Made by a program: the position numbers and the translations under genes. A model generated the notes under the pieces. The model did not search any database, was not told the DNA's origin, and worked only from the letters and a program-made list of their open reading frames with translations. A stretch of DNA of 64,000 nt from Terriglobia bacterium (GTDB taxonomy: Bacteria; Acidobacteriota; Terriglobia; JAJPHL01; JAPKYU01). This document shows, piece after piece, positions 8,929 to 18,200 of this stretch. Location of the stretch: positions 160,001-224,000 of the forward strand of contig CBDCVK010000010.1 of NCBI GenBank assembly GCA_965223005.1, read 5' to 3'. Positions within the stretch are counted from its first letter, which is position 1. Every line of letters starts with the position of its first letter.

Positions 8929-11502
8929 GTGCGGAATCCACTATTGCCGGTGGCCGCCGCTCTGGCCGGCGGCATTTACGATGAACGGTGGCTGCGCCTT
9001 CACGAGCAGGAGTACCTGCTTTGGATCAGCATCCTGTTGTGTGCCGCGGCGATCGCTTTGCGGCTGCGGCGCCCCGCCGGCGCCCTCGCCTTCGGGCTGC
9101 TGGGCACGGCGTTGGTCGGCTCCTTCTTCCTGTTCCACTGGCGGCACGATCGGCCGCCTGAGGATATCGCCAACCTCGTGGACGCCGGTCGCGTGGACCT
9201 CAGCGAACCCGCCCGGCTGACCGGCTGGATTGCCCAGGCAAGACTGCGTCGTGGCCGCGACGAAACCTACCTGTTGCGCCTGGAAGAAGTCGAGAGCCTG
9301 CAGCGAATCTGGCCTGCCTCTGGCACTATCCGCCTGCAGCACTTCATCCTTGACTCTTTCGAACCACGCCTGAGCCTGCGCTATGGCGAGCGGGTGAGCG
9401 TGCTGGCCCGCCTGCGGCCCGTCCGCGGCTTTCTCAATCCTGGCAGCTTCGACCGGCAAGGGCGCGCCCGCCGCCAGGGTGTGCTCTTCTACGCGAGCAT
9501 CAAGGCGGCGGAATTAGTCGAGAGGCTCTCGGGCCAGCGCGGCTCTCGATGGATGGCTGCTCTCGAGGGCCTGCGCCGTGCACTACTCGACCGCCTCGAT
9601 GCTCTGTTTCCGATACCGTCGCAGGCGAACGGGTTGCTCCGCGCTCTGCTGTTTGGAGACCGCTCAGGTCTGGATCGTCGAGTCCTGGAAAACTTTCGGA
9701 AGAGCGGTGCCTACCACGCCCTGGTTGTCTCCGGGCTCCACACTGCGGCCGTGGCCGGTTTCTTGCTGTTGCTGCCGCGCCTCTTTCGCTTGCCCCCACT
9801 TCCCGCCACGCTGCTGGCGCTGGCCGGCCTAGCCTGTTATGTCGCACTGGTCGGGAGGAGCGTGCCCACCCAGCGGGCTGCGGTCATGATTGGCCTGTAC
9901 CTGCTGGCCCGCCTGATCTACCGCGAACGCGCCCTGCTGAATACGATTGCCGCCGCCGCCTTGCTGCTGCTGATTCTCCATCCGGCCGACCTGAACGATG
10001 CGGGCTTCCAGCTTTCCTTCTTTGCCGTGCTGCTGATCGCCGCCATTGCCGTGCCCTTAATAGAGCAGACCTCGGCGCCTTACCGCAGGGCCGTGGAGGA
10101 CCTGGAGAATCGCGACCGCGATCTCACTCTGGCTCCCCCGCAGGCGCAGTTTCGCATCGAATTGCGAATGCTCGACGACGCCCTCGGCGAAAAAGTGCCA
10201 GCATGGCTTTTCCTGCCAGCCGTGCGCGGCGCTTTCCGTCTCTACGAACTGGTCGTGGTCTCGCTGGTGATTCAGGTAGGGTTTCTGTTGCCGCTGTCGG
10301 TCTATTTCTACCGTGCGAGCTGGGTTGGCGTGTCGGCCAATCTTTTCCTTGTGCCGCTTCTGGGGCTGGTGGTGCCGTTGGGAATGGCGACTCTGCTGCT
10401 GGCGCTCGTCTCCGAGACGCTGGCTGGACTGCTGGCCATTCCTCTGGCCGCGCTGCTGGGAATGATGCTGGCCGCGGCGCGCTGGCACGCTGGGCTGGCC
10501 CTGGCCTCCCTGCGCGTGCCGCCGCCTCCGCTGTGGGTCTCGGCAATGTTCCTGCTGGCGACGGCCCTGCTGGCCGGTAGCCTGCTGGCCCGCCGGGCCC
10601 GTCCGGTCGCAGCAGGCGCGCTAGCGCTGGCGGCCGCCGCGGTGCTCATCACCTGGCACCCTTTCCCGCCTCAATTGCCGCAGGGAGAGGTCGAGATTAC
10701 GACCCTCGATGTAGCCCAAGGCGATGCGCTGGTAGTGCTGGTCCCTCCGGAACGGGTGATGGTGGTGGATGTGGGCGGCTTGCCCGGGAGGCAAGTCGCC
10801 ACCGACACCGGCGAGATTGTCTCGGCTTACCTGTGGTCGCGTGGCATTCGCCGCATTGACGTGCTGGCTCTCAACCACGCCCATCACGATCATATGGCCG
10901 GCCTGGAAACGGTGATGACGAATTTCCAGGTTGCCGAACTGTGGCTCCCGTCGATCCCCGAGCTGGAAGCCTACCAGCGGCTCCAGCAAAGGGCCCGGCA
11001 ACGCGCTATCCCGGTGCACACCTACAGCCGGGGAGACACGGCCCGCCTGGGCGAGGCCACCGTCGCTTTTCTTTCCCCAGGCCCGAACTACCAACCGGCG
11101 CGGCGCCCGCACAATGACGATTCTTTGGTGATGCGACTCAGCTACGGCTGGCGCGCGGCGATGCTGGCCGGCGATGTGCAACAGACCATGGAAATGGAGA
11201 TATTGCGCGATAACGGTCCGCTGCAGGCCGACTGGCTGAAGGTGCCGCACCACGGGAGTAAGAGTTCGAACTCGCTGGAGTTCCTGTCTAAGGTGGGCGC
11301 CCCATACGGAGTGATTTCGGTAGCGGCTAACAGTCGCTTCGGTCACCCGCACCCGGAGGCTCTGGAGCGATTGCGCGATGCCCGCGTTCGCCTCTTCCGC
11401 ACCGACCGGGACGGCGCGGTCACCTGGGCCACCGATGGAAACCGCGTGCGCCTCAGCACCTTTCAGTGGGAGCGCCGCCGCGCCGCCATCGACCTGTGGT
11501 GA
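8929..11502 (+). CDS. comEC: ComEC/Rec2 competence protein
   Basis: HALVVSGLH, GFQLSF, many TM segments, metallo-beta-lactamase domain (LDVAQGD, HAHHDH, KVPHHGS, GHPH). Confidence 0.95.
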   Translation: MRNPLLPVAAALAGGIYDERWLRLHEQEYLLWISILLCAAAIALRLRRPAGALAFGLLGTALVGSFFLFHWRHDRPPEDIANLVDAGRVDLSEPARLTGWIAQARLRRGRDETYLLRLEEVESLQRIWPASGTIRLQHFILDSFEPRLSLRYGERVSVLARLRPVRGFLNPGSFDRQGRARRQGVLFYASIKAAELVERLSGQRGSRWMAALEGLRRALLDRLDALFPIPSQANGLLRALLFGDRSGLDRRVLENFRKSGAYHALVVSGLHTAAVAGFLLLLPRLFRLPPLPATLLALAGLACYVALVGRSVPTQRAAVMIGLYLLARLIYRERALLNTIAAAALLLLILHPADLNDAGFQLSFFAVLLIAAIAVPLIEQTSAPYRRAVEDLENRDRDLTLAPPQAQFRIELRMLDDALGEKVPAWLFLPAVRGAFRLYELVVVSLVIQVGFLLPLSVYFYRASWVGVSANLFLVPLLGLVVPLGMATLLLALVSETLAGLLAIPLAALLGMMLAAARWHAGLALASLRVPPPPLWVSAMFLLATALLAGSLLARRARPVAAGALALAAAAVLITWHPFPPQLPQGEVEITTLDVAQGDALVVLVPPERVMVVDVGGLPGRQVATDTGEIVSAYLWSRGIRRIDVLALNHAHHDHMAGLETVMTNFQVAELWLPSIPELEAYQRLQQRARQRAIPVHTYSRGDTARLGEATVAFLSPGPNYQPARRPHNDDSLVMRLSYGWRAAMLAGDVQQTMEMEILRDNGPLQADWLKVPHHGSKSSNSLEFLSKVGAPYGVISVAANSRFGHPHPEALERLRDARVRLFRTDRDGAVTWATDGNRVRLSTFQWERRRAAIDLW

Positions 11503-11648
11503 ATCTCACTGCGGGACTCGGCAGAATCTTCCACAAGGCCGCAGCTGCAAGAACTCAATCTGGCAAACGCTGGCACGTGGACGCTTGCTGGACTAAGGAG
11601 CGAAAACATATAATCGAACCGCACTGAGGCGCCCGTCCGGGATGAGCC

Positions 11649-11924
11649 ATGAGTACCGCAAGCGGGAGTCGTCTCCCGCGCAAACCCACCGAAGCTGAGA
11701 TTCGAGAAGAAAGCCGAAAAACACGGCGGCTCCAGTTCCTAGTGCACCTGGTGATGAGCGTGATCAGCCAGAGCCAGCACATGCCCATCGAGGAGGCTTC
11801 GTCGATGGTGGCGGCCACCAAGCGGGCGGCTCTGACCATGTTTCCGGACAAGGAATTTGCTTTCGACCTGATTTACAAGCCCCGCCTTCAAAGACTGCTC
11901 ACCGAAAAATACAGGATTCAATAG
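11649..11924 (+). CDS. Small hypothetical protein
   Basis: 91-aa ORF with ATG start and protein-like composition. Confidence 0.7.
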   Translation: MSTASGSRLPRKPTEAEIREESRKTRRLQFLVHLVMSVISQSQHMPIEEASSMVAATKRAALTMFPDKEFAFDLIYKPRLQRLLTEKYRIQ

Positions 11925-11977
11925 CACTGCGGTTTGGCATCTGGTAAGGATGTCAGCGGAGCGAGATCGCCTTTAGG

Positions 11978-12005
11978 TGGCGGAGAGGGAGGGATTCGAA
12001 CCCTC
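11978..12005 (-). other. tRNA-Ser 3'-end copy (putative att site, left island border)
   Basis: TGGCGGAGAGGGAGGGATTCGAACCCTC is the exact reverse complement of 62037-62064; no 5' half of a tRNA next to it. Confidence 0.85.
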
Positions 12006-12044
12006 ACTGTTTTCTGGAGCTACCTAAGTTACTGCTTTTCCCAT

Positions 12045-12100
12045 GGGGCGAACGGGGCAAAGGGAGCGAAAAGCAGTATCTGGGGCATACAAAAGCGAAC
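12045..12100 (+). repeat. 9-bp repeats next to the att copy (arm-site-like)
   Basis: GGGGCGAAC GGGGCAAAG GGAGCGAAA in tandem, then GGGGCATAC and AAAGCGAAC. Confidence 0.5.
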
Positions 12101-12211
12101 CTCATCACTTGCGTCATCACCGAGACAACCGGCGCCGTCCGGCCTTGCCAAGCGGTCTATCATTAAACTGGTGCGGTGCTACTTCCTGGGGCGTTCCTCC
12201 TGATAAGCATA

Positions 12212-12239
12212 GGTAAACACTGACCGACTAGTGGGGACC
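12212..12239. repeat. Palindromic 11-6-11 site A (left type)
   Basis: GGTAAACACTG-ACCGAC-TAGTGGGGACC. Confidence 0.85.
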
Positions 12240-12377
12240 TATCTGCCAAGTCTGAACTAGCTTTTTCCGTTTCAGAGAATTACTGCAGCCTGAGAAAGTA
12301 TTAAGAGCGCGGGAGATAGACCAGACCAGTCATAGGAGTGGTCGTATGTGGCTATAATCACTGACTTGAGGAGTTCC

Positions 12378-14105
12378 ATGCGGTCCCTCTTGAACGAGCT
12401 GCTTATAGCGGCCGTGTTTTCCCTCATGTGTCTTCCAGCTTTGGGCCAGTTTGCTCAACCTGCTTACTCGCGGCTGGACGCGCAGGGCACTCTTCCTGCG
12501 GGGCGCGTTGACGCACCCATTGTGTACGACACACCGGGCCGCCGCTTATTAATGTTTGGCGGGAAGGATGCCGCCAGTCCGCGCAGCGACCTTTGGGAGT
12601 ATTCCTTCGATCGCCGCGAGTGGACCGAGTTGAATCCATCCGGGACCTTGCCTCCAGCTCGTTTTGGACATACCACGGTCTTTGATCCTGTTCGCCGCCG
12701 CCTGGTCTTATTTGGGGGCCAGTCCTCGGGGTTTTTCAGCGACGTTTGGGCATACGATATCGCTCAAAACACGTGGCAACAGCTTAGCTCCGACGAGGCC
12801 GGTCCGAACCGCCGGTATGGTCATTCGGCGATTTACGATGCTGCGAGAGATCGCCTTATCATCTCGCACGGGTTTACGAACGCCGGCCGATTCGATGACA
12901 CCTGGGCCTTTGAGCTGGGGACAAACACTTGGCAAGAGATCTCATCTTCCGAAATCAGGCCACTCCGTCGCTGTTTACACCACTCGGTTTACGACGAAGA
13001 AAACGGGCAAATGCTGTTGTTCGGGGGGTGCGCCAGTGGATTCGGCCCGTGCCCCCTGGATGATCTATGGTCGTTCGATTTGAGCACAAACCAATGGACG
13101 GAGCGCGGTCCGGCCCCTAAACCGGCGGCCCGACAATGGTATGGCATGGCGTTTGATCACACTCGCAGTCGGCTAGTCCTGTTTGGCGGATTAGGCGGCG
13201 GCTCTCTCAACGACACTTGGGAGTACGACACAGTCGCCGACTCCTGGAACCAACTCGCGCCCAGCGGCGAGATTCCCGTTGGCAGGTTTCGGCACGAAGC
13301 CACTTTTGTTGCCGATCTAGGAGCAGTCCTGTTTTTCGGCGGTCGTGTCGACTCCGGTCCCAGCAACGAACTCTGGATGCTGTCCTACTCCTCAAACGCC
13401 GTCGTCAACGCCGCCACGTTTCTTCCTGGCCTTGCTGCTCCGGGGCAAATCCTCACCCTGTTCGGCACCGATCTGGCCTCGATGACCTCTGGGGCCGGGG
13501 CACCGCCATTGCCGACCATGCTTGGGGGAGCGAGCGTGAAATTGGGGGACTTCGACGCTCCGCTGTTCTTCGTCTCGGCGCTTCAAATCAATTTCCAAGT
13601 CCCCTGGGAATTGGCGGGGCAGTCGCAGGCGTCCCTGATCGTTGCAAACGGCGGTACCACAATCGGCCCGATGAATGTGAGTCTGGCTCCCTTTGCTCCT
13701 GGCCTGTTTAGCACCGATCAGAGCGGCAGCGGCCAGGGAGCTATCCTGATCTCCGGCAGCGGGGGAGCGGCAGCAGCGCCCAGTGGTGCTTTGCCTGGTT
13801 CTCGGCCAGTCAGGCGTGGTGAATTTATCGAAATCTTCTCTATCGGCCTTGGGGCTGTGGAGAAACAGCCCGCCACTGGCGCGCCGGCATTGGCAAATCC
13901 CTTGTCGATGAGCACCTCGACTCCCGTGGTCACCATTGGCGGCGTGCACGCCGCCGTCAGTTTTTCCGGACTGGCTCCTGGTTTCGTAGGGCTTTACCAA
14001 GTCAACGCGGAGGTTCCGGCTAATGCCCGCACGGGGGACGCCGTCCCCGTGGTTCTCACCATTGGTCGTGCCACGTCCAACACCGTTACGATCGCCGTGC
14101 AGTAG
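12378..14105 (+). CDS. Secreted Kelch-repeat protein with TIGR03437-type C-terminal domain
   Basis: Signal peptide, about six LFGG...DxW Kelch repeats, then VVNAATF..APGQILTLFG...APGFVGLYQVN...SNTVTIAVQ. Confidence 0.85.
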   Translation: MRSLLNELLIAAVFSLMCLPALGQFAQPAYSRLDAQGTLPAGRVDAPIVYDTPGRRLLMFGGKDAASPRSDLWEYSFDRREWTELNPSGTLPPARFGHTTVFDPVRRRLVLFGGQSSGFFSDVWAYDIAQNTWQQLSSDEAGPNRRYGHSAIYDAARDRLIISHGFTNAGRFDDTWAFELGTNTWQEISSSEIRPLRRCLHHSVYDEENGQMLLFGGCASGFGPCPLDDLWSFDLSTNQWTERGPAPKPAARQWYGMAFDHTRSRLVLFGGLGGGSLNDTWEYDTVADSWNQLAPSGEIPVGRFRHEATFVADLGAVLFFGGRVDSGPSNELWMLSYSSNAVVNAATFLPGLAAPGQILTLFGTDLASMTSGAGAPPLPTMLGGASVKLGDFDAPLFFVSALQINFQVPWELAGQSQASLIVANGGTTIGPMNVSLAPFAPGLFSTDQSGSGQGAILISGSGGAAAAPSGALPGSRPVRRGEFIEIFSIGLGAVEKQPATGAPALANPLSMSTSTPVVTIGGVHAAVSFSGLAPGFVGLYQVNAEVPANARTGDAVPVVLTIGRATSNTVTIAVQ

Positions 14106-14144
14106 CCCCTGACAAACCCAGTGTTTCTGAGGTTCGCGCTGGAC
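14101..14144. repeat. Degenerate right-type site plus linker start
   Basis: AGTAGCCCCTG-ACAAAC-CCAGTGTTTCT-GAGGTTCGCGCTGGAC aligns, with gaps, to site D and its flank. Confidence 0.4.
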
Positions 14145-14279
14145 ACGTCGTTGTGACTCTGATTCAATCCGAGGAACTGCGTGGCGGGTCGCATTTCCAA
14201 GCATTGCTCTCGGATGGCCAAACCTCGTTAGGTTTCCCCGCCGGCAGCGCGATGGCAATCTGGTGTTCGGATAAATGAC

Positions 14280-15599
14280 ATGCGAGACGAATTCACCCTT
14301 ACGCGTCGCCGGCTCATTGGTTCGAGTGTGGTGCTCGGAGCTTCAGGAGTAACCGCGGCCTCGGCGGCACTGAGCCCATCACACACTCGGCATCGCATCC
14401 ACCGGTCGGCACAATTACTCGCGCAAGAGTTTACCGTGGCTGCCAAGGTCCCCACGCCAGACCACTACATGCACGATCCAGGGATGACCCGGCTCGGCAA
14501 TGGTCGAATATTTGTCGCGGCGCCGTTAATGGGCTGGCGTGACAAGCGCGTAGCACGCCGAACCCGGAGTCTGCGTTTCATTGTGTCAAGAGAATTGCTT
14601 CTGTCTCGGAGTCGGGATGGAGGGAAGAGCTGGGAGTCTCTGCGGCCTTTACCGTACGTCAATGCAACTCCATTTGTTCATGACGGCAAGCTCTACATGA
14701 TGATCCCGACGGCAACCTATGAAACCCGGCACGATGGGGACAACAAGCTGCTTCTGCTCCGCAGCGATGATGAGGGTGATACCTGGTCCGACCCGGTCAC
14801 GCTGTTTGAAGGTAACTACTGGAATTGTCACACTGGCATGGCGACGGCGGGTGGCCAGCTCTATTGGGCCCTCACGAAAGGCGGCCGTCTCGTCGCGATT
14901 GCCGCCGACCTCTCGAAGGACTTGATGCAACCCGGCACGTGGCGGATGTCGAACGCCGTAAGCTTCCCCGGTGTGCCCCCTAGTCTTACTCGCGAGCTCT
15001 ATCCTCCAAAGGCGGGCGTATGGCCGGTCCAATGGGCTTCGGACGCATGGCTGGAGCCGAATGTTGTCCATGTTCACGGCCGCCTCCTCGTTCTGCTTCG
15101 CACGATCATTGACGAATACGCAACCGCGAGCCTTTGCAGCGTCTGCGACCTCGAGGACAGTGAATCGACGCTGAAGCTTTCCTTCTCGCAGTTCTATCCT
15201 CTCCCGGGCGGTCAGAACAAGTTCTTCATCCTTTACGACGACGTTTCCCGGCTGTTTTGGATGGCGTCCAATTTGGTGACCGATTCACAGGACTTTCAGA
15301 ACAACCGTGAAAGACTCATCGAGATCGGCTACCACGGAGGCCCAGGCAACGAACGTCGTCTCCTGTTTTTGTCCTACAGCCTCGACGCGTTGAATTGGTT
15401 TCCGGCTGGATGTATCGCCAAGTGGCCCAGTCCTCTGCAGGCATTCATGTATCCGTGCGTAGCGGTGGATGGGGACGACCTCGTGCTCATTTCTCGCACG
15501 TCGAAGGACGCTCAGAATCAGCACGACGCCGACCTGGTCACGTTCCACCGAATTCAGGACTTCCGGTCTTTGGCTCTGAACCTCCGTCCGGAGATCTAA
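14280..15599 (+). CDS. Tat-signal sialidase-like (BNR/Asp-box) protein
   Basis: TRRRLI signal; Asp boxes SRDGGKSW and SDDEGDTW. Confidence 0.75.
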   Translation: MRDEFTLTRRRLIGSSVVLGASGVTAASAALSPSHTRHRIHRSAQLLAQEFTVAAKVPTPDHYMHDPGMTRLGNGRIFVAAPLMGWRDKRVARRTRSLRFIVSRELLLSRSRDGGKSWESLRPLPYVNATPFVHDGKLYMMIPTATYETRHDGDNKLLLLRSDDEGDTWSDPVTLFEGNYWNCHTGMATAGGQLYWALTKGGRLVAIAADLSKDLMQPGTWRMSNAVSFPGVPPSLTRELYPPKAGVWPVQWASDAWLEPNVVHVHGRLLVLLRTIIDEYATASLCSVCDLEDSESTLKLSFSQFYPLPGGQNKFFILYDDVSRLFWMASNLVTDSQDFQNNRERLIEIGYHGGPGNERRLLFLSYSLDALNWFPAGCIAKWPSPLQAFMYPCVAVDGDDLVLISRTSKDAQNQHDADLVTFHRIQDFRSLALNLRPEI

Positions 15600-15781
15600 G
15601 CACAGAGCGCAACTCAAGGCTGCACCCCACCAGTACACGAGGGCAAGGGTGGTCAGGGCGGGCGGATTGCCGCTCACCTGCATACTCCTCTGCCCACGGA
15701 TTCCGGTCATTGTGTCTGAGAACCTACTGAGCCGTGTACCCACCATCCACCATGAGCGGCGTGGCGGTAATAAAGGAAGCC

Positions 15782-17220
15782 GAGAGTGTCTCACCTTTAG
15801 TTGAAAGTCGAGCGGCGGTTCGCTGACCTGGTTCCGTAGAATCGGGTTGGGAAACTTTCTGGAAAGGGGAACCGCCGTGCAGAGAAGCTACCACATCCTA
15901 GGCCGGAGCGATAGCCGAAGCTCCCGCAAACTGGCTGCCTACCTGGCTCGCCACGGGCAGTTTCTGCTGCCCTGGGTGGAGTTGATCGAACAATCGCGGT
16001 TAGCCGTCGACGAGCTGATCGACGTGGTGGGTAGGGCGGCGATTGAAGCGGTGCTGGAGTTGTCGGCCGCGCAGGTGGCCGGTCCACGCCGTCAGGGCCG
16101 GCGGCGCCGTGGGGTAGGCTGGTATGGGCGCCAGCGGGGACGGGTGCGCCTGAAGGAGAGAAAGCTGGCCGTGCACAGGCCACGGCTCCGGCGGCCAGGC
16201 CGGGGAGCGGGGAAAGAAGTTCCCCTCCCGGCCTACGAAGCCATGCAGGAGGGCGAGGGTCTGGGGGCCCGGATGTTGGATATCTTGCTGCGGGGCGTCT
16301 CGACCCGGCAGTACCAGCGGGTGTTGCCGGAGATGGCGGACACCGTGGGTGTGTCGCGCTCCACGGTCAGCCGGGAAACGATGGAGGCTGCCGCAGCCGA
16401 GTTAGAACGTCTGTTGAACCGCCGCTTCGAGGAAGTAGAGTTGCTGATCCTCTACATCGACGGGATGGTGTTTGGCGACCATCACGTGATTGCGGCTGTG
16501 GGCGTGGATGCGGAAGGGCACAAGCACGTGCTGGGGATTCAGGAGGGGGCTACGGAGAACGCCGCGGCCGTCCAGGACTTGCTGGAAGGTTTAGTGCGGC
16601 GAGGGGTGCAGCCGGCCCAGAAACGGCTGTTTGTGATCGACGGCTCGAAGGCCTTGCGGGCGGCGATCCGCGCCGTGTTCGGGGCCGAGCAGCCGGTGCA
16701 GCGCTGCCGCGCCCACAAGTTGCGCAACGTCCTGGACCGGTTGCCGGAGCCAGAGCGGGACCAGGTGCGGGCGGCGATGCGGGCCGCCTGGCGGTTGGAT
16801 CCGAAGACCGGCAGGGCCAAGCTGGAGAAGTTGGCCCAATGGTTGGAGCGAGATTGTCCGGCCGCGGCGGCCAGCTTGCGGGAGGGTCTGGAGGAATGTT
16901 TCACCATCAACCGGCTGGGGCTTCCGGCTTCGCTGCATCGCTGTCTGGCCACCACCAATCTCATCGAGAGTCCGCAGGCGGGAGTGAGGTTGCGAACTCG
17001 CCGGGTGTGCCGCTGGCGGGATGCGGCCATGGTCCAGCGCTGGGTCGCCTCCAGCTTCCTGGCCACGGAGAAAAACTTCCGCCGCCTGATGGGGTACCAG
17101 GACCTGTGGATGTTGAAAGCGATCCTCGAAGGATCAAAGTCGGCCACTCGACGGGAGGTGGCGTAGTATGATGGCTCCGAACCGCCGCTACGAACTTTCA
17201 ACTGAGTTCAGGACACCCTC
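15782..17220 (+). mobile_element. IS256-family insertion sequence
   Basis: About 40-bp imperfect TIRs (GAGAGTGTC..AGTTGAAAGT..AGCGGCGGTTCG); 8-bp TSD AGGAAGCC at 15774-15781 and 17221-17228. Confidence 0.95.
15877..17166 (+). CDS. IS256-family (Mutator-like) DDE transposase
   Basis: GVSTR, YIDG, VIDGSKAL, QRCRAHKLRN, TTNLIES motifs. Confidence 0.93.
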   Translation: MQRSYHILGRSDSRSSRKLAAYLARHGQFLLPWVELIEQSRLAVDELIDVVGRAAIEAVLELSAAQVAGPRRQGRRRRGVGWYGRQRGRVRLKERKLAVHRPRLRRPGRGAGKEVPLPAYEAMQEGEGLGARMLDILLRGVSTRQYQRVLPEMADTVGVSRSTVSRETMEAAAAELERLLNRRFEEVELLILYIDGMVFGDHHVIAAVGVDAEGHKHVLGIQEGATENAAAVQDLLEGLVRRGVQPAQKRLFVIDGSKALRAAIRAVFGAEQPVQRCRAHKLRNVLDRLPEPERDQVRAAMRAAWRLDPKTGRAKLEKLAQWLERDCPAAAASLREGLEECFTINRLGLPASLHRCLATTNLIESPQAGVRLRTRRVCRWRDAAMVQRWVASSFLATEKNFRRLMGYQDLWMLKAILEGSKSATRREVA

Positions 17221-17992
17221 AGGAAGCCTCCTCAGAGGCAAGGAAGAGAATGGCATTCGCCACTTCGCGAGGATCGCCCATGCGCTTGATGAAATGCAGC
17301 GGTGCATACAGTTCCACTACCTGTTCCTTGGTCAGTCCCTTACTTGTGGCATCGCGCATTGTGGCGGGGGTATCTATAGCTCCCGGGCAGACGCAATTCA
17401 CGCGAATGTTATCCGGCGCCAGATCGAAGGCTAGGCATCGTGTCATCTGCAGCACTGCCCCTTTGCTGGCATTGTAGGGGACAAAAGCAGGCTGCGCGAT
17501 GAATGAGCTAATGGAGCCCAGGTTTACGATGGACCCGCCTCCGCGCTTTCGCATGTGGGGGACAGCGTACTTGGAGCAGAACGCGTACCCTTTGACGTTC
17601 ACGTTCAGGACCCGGTCCCAATCCTGCTCGCTGGCCTCTTCCACTGTTCCGAAAACAAAGGCCGCCGCGTTGTTCACCAGGATATCCGGGCCACCCAGTT
17701 CGCGGGCAGCGGTGTTCATCAGCTCCCGCACTTCGGACTCGATGGAGATATCGGTCTTGTGAAAGAAGGTCCTACCGCCGGCAGCTTTGATCCGGGCCAC
17801 AGTCTCCTCGCCGCCGCGGACGTCTAGGTCCGCTACACAAACAGCAGCGCCCTCCTCGGCAAAACGAATTGCCGTAGCCCGGCCAATTCCCGAACTTGAG
17901 CCGGTAACCACCGCCACTTTGTTCGCTAGACGCATGTTCTCCTCCTCAGCTCATTTCACCTGCGGCTTTCAGAACTTCTGCCTCAAAACATG

Positions 17993-18090
17993 AGTAAACA
18001 CTAACGGGCTAGCGTTTACCAATGTTCTGCCTGGATGGTATGGCGTTCCTTAGTTAAGGATAGGTAAACACTAACCGACAAGTGGAAACC
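17993..18090. repeat. Site pair B1 + 42-bp linker + B2
   Basis: AGTAAACACTA-ACGGGC-TAGCGTTTACC, linker, GGTAAACACTA-ACCGAC-AAGTGGAAACC. Confidence 0.9.
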
Positions 18091-18200
18091 TACCTGCCAA
18101 GTCGGAGCCAACTCTTGCCGTATTAGGAAGGCCGCCGCTGATCACCGAGAGACAGATCGTGGCTGAAACCGCGTTCTGAGTGTGAGGGGAAAGAGAACTC

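Larger units (their letters stand above)
15724..17935 (-). pseudogene. SDR oxidoreductase interrupted by IS256
   Basis: TGSSSGIG, NNAA, YNASK motifs; ...LASEEAS continues beyond the IS as FITATPLMVDGGYTAQ* (stop 15724-15726). Confidence 0.92.

Noticed and set aside
7073-8941. 622-aa minus-strand ORF and other long antisense or alternative-frame ORFs (e.g. 507-1517, 2558-3766, 47858-48952, 62165-63199)
   Set aside because: They shadow well-supported genes; such open frames are expected in high-GC DNA and show no recognisable motifs.
11570-11590. Possible sigma54 promoter TGGCACG...TTGC
   Set aside because: The GG-to-GC spacing does not match the required 10 nt.
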